A DNA stretch of 64,000 bases. It comes from an uncultured Sediminibacterium sp. (GTDB lineage: Bacteria; Bacteroidota; Bacteroidia; Chitinophagales; Chitinophagaceae). Where the stretch lies: positions 28,189 through 92,188 of the forward strand of contig CAYWPM010000009.1 in the NCBI GenBank assembly GCA_964460235.1, given 5' to 3'. The notes below the pieces were generated by a model. That model searched no databases and was not told the origin of the DNA. It saw only the letters and a list, made by a program, of their open reading frames with translations. The position numbers were made by a program, and so were the translations under genes. Of this stretch, positions 58,953-64,000 are shown piece after piece. Within the stretch, counting starts at the first letter, position 1. Every line of letters begins with the position of its first letter.

Positions 58953-60950
58953 ATGAATTCTATGACAAAGTTGGTTAAAATTGTTCATATCCTGCTCATT
59001 TTATCGGCGTTATTCATTGAGAAAACGTCAATAGCGCAAGGCTTAAGTTTTACAAGACCCGCTAAAATTTTTACCGATCAGCAAACGGACCGGGAGCCCA
59101 GTATCATGGGTTTTGAGGGCAATTATTTTGTTGCCTGGAAGGAGACCGGATCAACCGGAAATATCCTGCTCAGCGATCTGGGAAAACAATATGATACCAC
59201 TGCTGCGGCGTCTGTGATCCGCATACCGGGGTCGGCTTCTTCCTTCGCTCCCCTGCTGCAACCTTTTCAGAACAGACTATACCTTTTCTGGATCAATCCC
59301 AAAGGCAGGATCCAATACCTGGTGCGTACAAAAGAGCAGGGTTTTGATCCGTCGGCGATCCATGAGATCCTGTTCACCGATCACGTAAAAATTTCATTGG
59401 GGATCGATGGTGCTGAGTTGGGGGAACAGCTGGTGTTGTCTACACATGCCGACAACAAAGAGACCTTATTATATGCATTGTTCCGGGTGGATGCAAACGG
59501 ATTGCTGCAGACGACCGGTCTTCATAAGATACCACAGGAAAGATCCAGGAACTATCCACATGTAACGGCGATCAATACTAACATAGCACGTTTTTGCTGG
59601 CAGGGAAAAAATGACCAGCTGTTTTTTGCCGATTATGACGCAAGCCGGAACAGCTGGTCCGAAGCAAAACCGAAAGGCAATTCACAGACACAGGTTTCGC
59701 CGGTGGTGCACCAGGTCTACAACTCTGATCAACTGTTCTATATCTGGAGAGGATATAAAAAGGACAGCCGCCTGTATTATAAAATGGGTGCGGGTTTTGC
59801 CAGTCCGCGGGGACACACGGAACTGCCGCCTTATTTTACCACCGACCTTCCGGTATCTGTCTGTAAAGTGGATGCGAATAATTTCCTGATGGCCTATACC
59901 GGCCCCGACCGCCAGTTATACCTCAGCAATTTTTCCGCTTACCAGCCTGCCAGGTGGATGGAGCAGGTATTGCAACCACATACCAGCAACAAAACACTGA
60001 AGGATATCGTGATACCTGGCTCGCACGATGCGGGTATGAGTGTATTAACCGCTACCGGGGGCCAGCAGAAAGGCACCATCAACGAGTGCAACACTCTTAC
60101 CCAGAAACTGAATATTGAGAACCAGCTGAATGGCGGTATCCGCATGTTCGATCTGCGCATCGGAACATTCAATAAAATGCTGTACACCAAACATTGTTCT
60201 TCCGACTGCATGGACGAGGCGCTGGGTGGTGGTTTTGGCGAAAGACTGTACCCGATAGCGACAGCTATCAAAAAATTCCTGCAAACCAATCCGCAGGAGA
60301 TTGTGATGGCCACATTCAGCCATTTCTGTGAAAAAGAGACACCGCTGGCCGGTTTGAAGGACAGCCTGATACACTGGATCGGGCAGGACCATATCTATGT
60401 TGCCAATACAACAACGATCGGGGATGTGCCTTTACGGGAGCTGGCCGGTAAAGCGATATTGAGTTTTGAGATACCCGACCAGAAAGATCACCGATTTCCC
60501 GGTTGTTCGATCGCAGACACATCAACCGCTTTCATCAATTTCCGAAGGGCTTACGCGGCTACCAATAAGATGAATGAACTGATCGAGAAGGAAAAGAACT
60601 TTTTTATCTCGCTGAATAATACCCTGAATAAAAACGACCTGGTCCGGCTCGACTGGCAGATCACGCAAAGTGCCGATGAAGCGCCGGTGATCTGTAATGA
60701 GTTCCAGGACGAAAAAATCAATCCGCTGGTGAATGGGGTCATGCTGCTGGCCAATGTGATCCGAAAGAACAAAAGCATCATCGATCACTCGATCGAAGGC
60801 AATAAATGGCTGCCGGTAAAACTGAATGAATGGATCAAAGAAGGTATCATCAACCGGCAGAACAAACCCAATATCGTATACGTTGATGTGGCCGGCGCCT
60901 GGATCACCGATTACTGCATTGACCTGTTGCGGACCAACCTGTACAACTGA
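58953..60950 (+). CDS. Secreted PI-PLC X-domain protein with N-terminal repeat domain
   Basis: IPGSHDAGM and GIRMFDLRI motifs. Confidence 0.8.
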   Translation: MNSMTKLVKIVHILLILSALFIEKTSIAQGLSFTRPAKIFTDQQTDREPSIMGFEGNYFVAWKETGSTGNILLSDLGKQYDTTAAASVIRIPGSASSFAPLLQPFQNRLYLFWINPKGRIQYLVRTKEQGFDPSAIHEILFTDHVKISLGIDGAELGEQLVLSTHADNKETLLYALFRVDANGLLQTTGLHKIPQERSRNYPHVTAINTNIARFCWQGKNDQLFFADYDASRNSWSEAKPKGNSQTQVSPVVHQVYNSDQLFYIWRGYKKDSRLYYKMGAGFASPRGHTELPPYFTTDLPVSVCKVDANNFLMAYTGPDRQLYLSNFSAYQPARWMEQVLQPHTSNKTLKDIVIPGSHDAGMSVLTATGGQQKGTINECNTLTQKLNIENQLNGGIRMFDLRIGTFNKMLYTKHCSSDCMDEALGGGFGERLYPIATAIKKFLQTNPQEIVMATFSHFCEKETPLAGLKDSLIHWIGQDHIYVANTTTIGDVPLRELAGKAILSFEIPDQKDHRFPGCSIADTSTAFINFRRAYAATNKMNELIEKEKNFFISLNNTLNKNDLVRLDWQITQSADEAPVICNEFQDEKINPLVNGVMLLANVIRKNKSIIDHSIEGNKWLPVKLNEWIKEGIINRQNKPNIVYVDVAGAWITDYCIDLLRTNLYN

Positions 60951-61355
60951 TCAGCTCAGCGATAACAATTCGGTATGGATCCCGATCGGGTTACTCAGTA
61001 TTTTATGAACAGGACATTTGTTGGCGATATCTAATAACCTCGCACGTTGTTCCTGATCCAGGTTCCCGATCAACCGGATCCTGCGGTTGATATAGGTTTT
61101 GTTCTCGCTGTCGTTCCTGTCCAGATCCAGATCGATCTTAACTTCCTGCAGGTCCCACTGTTTCCTGTCGGCATACATGCGTAGTGTGGCACTGGTGCAG
61201 GCAGCCAGTGCAGCGATCAGCAGTTCTTTGGGAGAAAATCCCAGGTCTTTACCACCCAGACCAAGGGGCTCGTCTGCGATCAACAGGTTACCGCTGGGAG
61301 ATTGGATCTCAACTTTATACAGATCGGTCTTGATGGAAGAAGATACTTTGTCCAT
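60951..61355 (-). CDS. OsmC family protein
   Basis: ADEP...GFSPKELLIAALAACT...KCPVHKIL. Confidence 0.92.
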   Translation of the reverse strand: MDKVSSSIKTDLYKVEIQSPSGNLLIADEPLGLGGKDLGFSPKELLIAALAACTSATLRMYADRKQWDLQEVKIDLDLDRNDSENKTYINRRIRLIGNLDQEQRARLLDIANKCPVHKILSNPIGIHTELLSLS

Positions 61356-61357
61356 GT

Positions 61358-62242
61358 TTATGCTTTTATACGTGTAGGATAAGGAACGAATTCAACGTCA
61401 TCTCCCTTTATTTTAGGGAACCGCTGATCGATCCAGTTCTGCCTGGCCGCTGCAAGGGTTTCTTTACTGCTGGAAACAAAGTTCCAGTCAATGAACCTTT
61501 CTTCCGGAAAAGGTTCACCACCGAACAGGTAAACAGTGGTATGGGCTTCGATCGTAAAACTGCAGAGTTTGCTTTCTTTGGCCACCAGGATCTGTTTGGG
61601 TTCATAACGGTTTCCATCGTTTTCTACTGAGCCTTCCAAAATATAGAGCCCGGATTCACCATAGAGTTCATGACCGATATGGATGCTCTGCCGTGTACTG
61701 CTTTTGATCTCCAGCAGATACAGTTTGCTGTATACCGGTACGGGCGATCTTCTGCCGAATGCCTCACCGGCAATCAGTTTATAACTTACATCCCCGTCCA
61801 TCCAGTAAGGGATATGGTTCTTGTCGACATGCGCAAAATTGGGTTCCATGTTCTCCAGCTCTTTGGGTAGTGCCACCCAGATCTGCAGGCCGTGCATGTG
61901 TTTTTCTGAATGACGCAGGTATTCCGGTGTTCTTTCTGAATGTACAATGCCTTTCCCGGCGGTCATCCAGTTCACTTCGCCGGGTTTGATCTCTATTTCA
62001 TTGCCAATGCTGTCGCGGTGCATGATGGAGCCGTCGAATAAAAAAGTAAGGGTTGACAAACCAATATGGGGATGCGGCTGTACATCAAAATTCTCTCGCT
62101 CGCTCATTTTAGTGGGGCCCATATGGTCGATGAAGATGAAGGGACCCACCATTCTTTTTTCCCGGAAGGGCAGTAACCGGCCCACCAGGAAGTTGCCGAT
62201 ATTGGCAGCACGCTCTTCTATGATCAGTTGGATGTTGGACAT
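61358..62242 (-). CDS. Pirin family protein
   Basis: PFIFIDHMG, HPHIGLST and WMTAGKGIVHSE motifs. Confidence 0.95.
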   Translation of the reverse strand: MSNIQLIIEERAANIGNFLVGRLLPFREKRMVGPFIFIDHMGPTKMSERENFDVQPHPHIGLSTLTFLFDGSIMHRDSIGNEIEIKPGEVNWMTAGKGIVHSERTPEYLRHSEKHMHGLQIWVALPKELENMEPNFAHVDKNHIPYWMDGDVSYKLIAGEAFGRRSPVPVYSKLYLLEIKSSTRQSIHIGHELYGESGLYILEGSVENDGNRYEPKQILVAKESKLCSFTIEAHTTVYLFGGEPFPEERFIDWNFVSSSKETLAAARQNWIDQRFPKIKGDDVEFVPYPTRIKA

Positions 62243-62368
62243 TAGGAAGGATTTCTATAAAGGTACGAAACAATACCGCCGCAAGTTGTTTCATAAAAAA
62301 TGCGTCTTAGCACCATCGCAGGAATCATCCCGCAAAGGCGCTAAGACGCGGTAAGTGTGGTTATTGAG

Positions 62369-63085
62369 TTATGGGTTGGTCGACCAGATAGAAGCATCTT
62401 TCACGAACACCCTCCTGTTCAGTTTCAGGTGGGCAACCAGCAGCTCTGCAAAATCTTCGGGGTGCATTACCCGGTCCTCGTTGTTGTTGATGAGGTTGGC
62501 GCTTTTGGCCAGGTCGGTCACCACGGTACTCGGGGTAAGTGCGGTCACGCGGATATTGTGTTTGCGTACTTCCTGCATCAATGAATCGGTGAGCCCCATC
62601 AATCCGAATTTGGAAGCACTATAGGCACTGGTAACCGGTGCGCCCTTTAAACCAGCAGTGGAGGATACGTTCACGATATCGCCCGTCTGTCTTTCGATCA
62701 TCTCGGGTAAAACGGCGCGGGTGGTATAGTATACGCCAAAAAGGTTCACTTTGATTTGATTTTCCCACTGTTCCGGTGTCAACTCCAGAAACTTTCCGAA
62801 TGCGGCGGTGCCGGCATTGTTAATGAGGATGTCGATAGGCCCCAGTTCCTGGCGGATCTTGGCCACGGCGGTATTTACTGAGTGGATATCACTGACATCT
62901 GCAGTGGCTACAGCCGTTTTGACTCCCAGCGCATTGATTTCCTGCGCTACCGCCTGCAGGTCTTTTTCGGTTCGGGCCACCAGGCCCACTTGTACACCTT
63001 CTTTAGCCAACGCAAGCGCTACCGCCCGTCCAATTCCTTTACCCGCACCCGTGATCAGGGCGGTCTTATTTTGTAATGATTGCAT
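62369..63085 (-). CDS. SDR oxidoreductase (3-ketoacyl-ACP reductase-like)
   Basis: [12 protein letters not shown] and YSASK motifs; start taken at MQSLQ. Confidence 0.9.
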   Translation of the reverse strand: MQSLQNKTALITGAGKGIGRAVALALAKEGVQVGLVARTEKDLQAVAQEINALGVKTAVATADVSDIHSVNTAVAKIRQELGPIDILINNAGTAAFGKFLELTPEQWENQIKVNLFGVYYTTRAVLPEMIERQTGDIVNVSSTAGLKGAPVTSAYSASKFGLMGLTDSLMQEVRKHNIRVTALTPSTVVTDLAKSANLINNNEDRVMHPEDFAELLVAHLKLNRRVFVKDASIWSTNP

Positions 63086-63115
63086 ATGTTTTTTATTTAC
63101 AGGTGATGAGGAATT

Positions 63116-63192
63116 CGTGAGTCGTGAATCGTCAGTCGTCAGTGGTGAGTAGGCAAACATCTACTCTCACGTCTGACGATTCACGACTCACG
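63116..63192. repeat. REP-like intergenic hairpin with 20-bp perfect inverted repeat
   Basis: CGTGAGTCGTGAATCGTCAG (63116-63135) / CTGACGATTCACGACTCACG (63173-63192). Confidence 0.85.
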
Positions 63193-63247
63193 CAAAATTA
63201 CATTCCACGCCATTCTGAGTTTGTAATTTCTCTGTCATTGTTTGCCC

Positions 63248-64000
63248 TTACCAACCGAAACTCCATTTAAAACGCAGGTACCCGATATCCTGTAATCCCT
63301 GGAAGCTGCCCTGGTAACGGAGAAAAAAAGATTGCCAGATCAGATCGGCATCAAACTGTGGGGAAATATTATAACTGATGGACGGCGACAGAATAAGCAG
63401 GTCAAGCTGTGGGGAGTATACAACCGTGCAGCTGGCGATGCTGAGCGGACTGATCTCCTTGCGCCCGGCCAGCAACCAGCTGAACCGCGCCGGCATCAGG
63501 TTCCTGGAACTGAGGTTGAGGTTCAGTTCGAACGGATTGCTCAGGCTCCGGTTCAGGCCGCGGCTGTTGTACAGTCCGCCAACGGTCAGGTACCACCCGT
63601 GTTTGAAAGCATGGTCCAGTGCGAGCGTCAGGTTCAGTTGACTGGCCGAGTCATTGCCGGCAAAATAATATTGTGCCTCACCTTTAAAGCCTGTTTCCTG
63701 AATACTGCCCGCCCAGCCCATACCCAGTGTGGCCGCACCGTGATAGATACCGGAGATGAACTGCAGATCATAGTTCCACCTGTTCAGGAAATAACGTGCA
63801 GCAGCGATCTGTTTCTGGTTACCGCTGCTGCTGTACACAAATTCTACATGTGAAAAATCGGAGAGGTTATGTTGCAGGCTGACGGCATCGGACCCCGGTC
63901 GTTCTTCATAATCGATATCCAGGAAATTATAAGCATTGTAAATATCGTTCGGGTTCCAGATGGTGGCCATACCCCAGTTGATGCGCTGGCGGCCGATGCG
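63248..64000 (-). CDS. Probable outer-membrane beta-barrel protein, C-terminal part (runs off the right edge)
   Basis: The frame stays open to 64000 (RIGRQRINWGMATIWNPND); C-terminus YLRFKWSFGW. Confidence 0.65.
   Translation of the reverse strand, partial: RIGRQRINWGMATIWNPNDIYNAYNFLDIDYEERPGSDAVSLQHNLSDFSHVEFVYSSSGNQKQIAAARYFLNRWNYDLQFISGIYHGAATLGMGWAGSIQETGFKGEAQYYFAGNDSASQLNLTLALDHAFKHGWYLTVGGLYNSRGLNRSLSNPFELNLNLSSRNLMPARFSWLLAGRKEISPLSIASCTVVYSPQLDLLILSPSISYNISPQFDADLIWQSFFLRYQGSFQGLQDIGYLRFKWSFGW

Overview
The window looks like a Bacteroidota (probably Chitinophagaceae-like) chromosome segment. The left arm (1-16.7 kb) is housekeeping: polA (partial), two amidohydrolases, proline iminopeptidase, mnmG, ybeY, feoA, nadD, rho, asnS and tRNA-Phe(GAA). 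A 32.3-kb, visibly AT-richer element is integrated in the tRNA-Phe 3' half, bounded by a perfect 49-bp direct repeat (16648-16696 / 48945-48993). Its tyrosine integrase and excisionase sit at opposite ends, each beside a matching 22-bp arm-type site. The element carries a relaxase/MobC/coupling-protein mobilisation module with a candidate oriT but no mating-pair genes, so it is probably an integrative mobilisable element. Defence cargo: Shedu, an RloC-like ATPase-HEPN gene interrupted by one in-frame stop, an SNF2-Mod-Res type III R-M cluster, Gabija bracketed by two extra tyrosine recombinases, and a PD-(D/E)xK nuclease flanked by 12-bp direct repeats. It also carries anti-defence-type genes (ArdC, RadC/JAB). 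The least explained signals are non-coding: a ~400-nt highly structured purine-rich element behind Shedu, a related hairpin upstream of radC, and a small promoter-to-terminator RNA antisense to the transfer-operon leader. The right arm (49-64 kb) holds ordinary envelope and metabolic genes. All family assignments come from motif recognition by eye; no searches were run.
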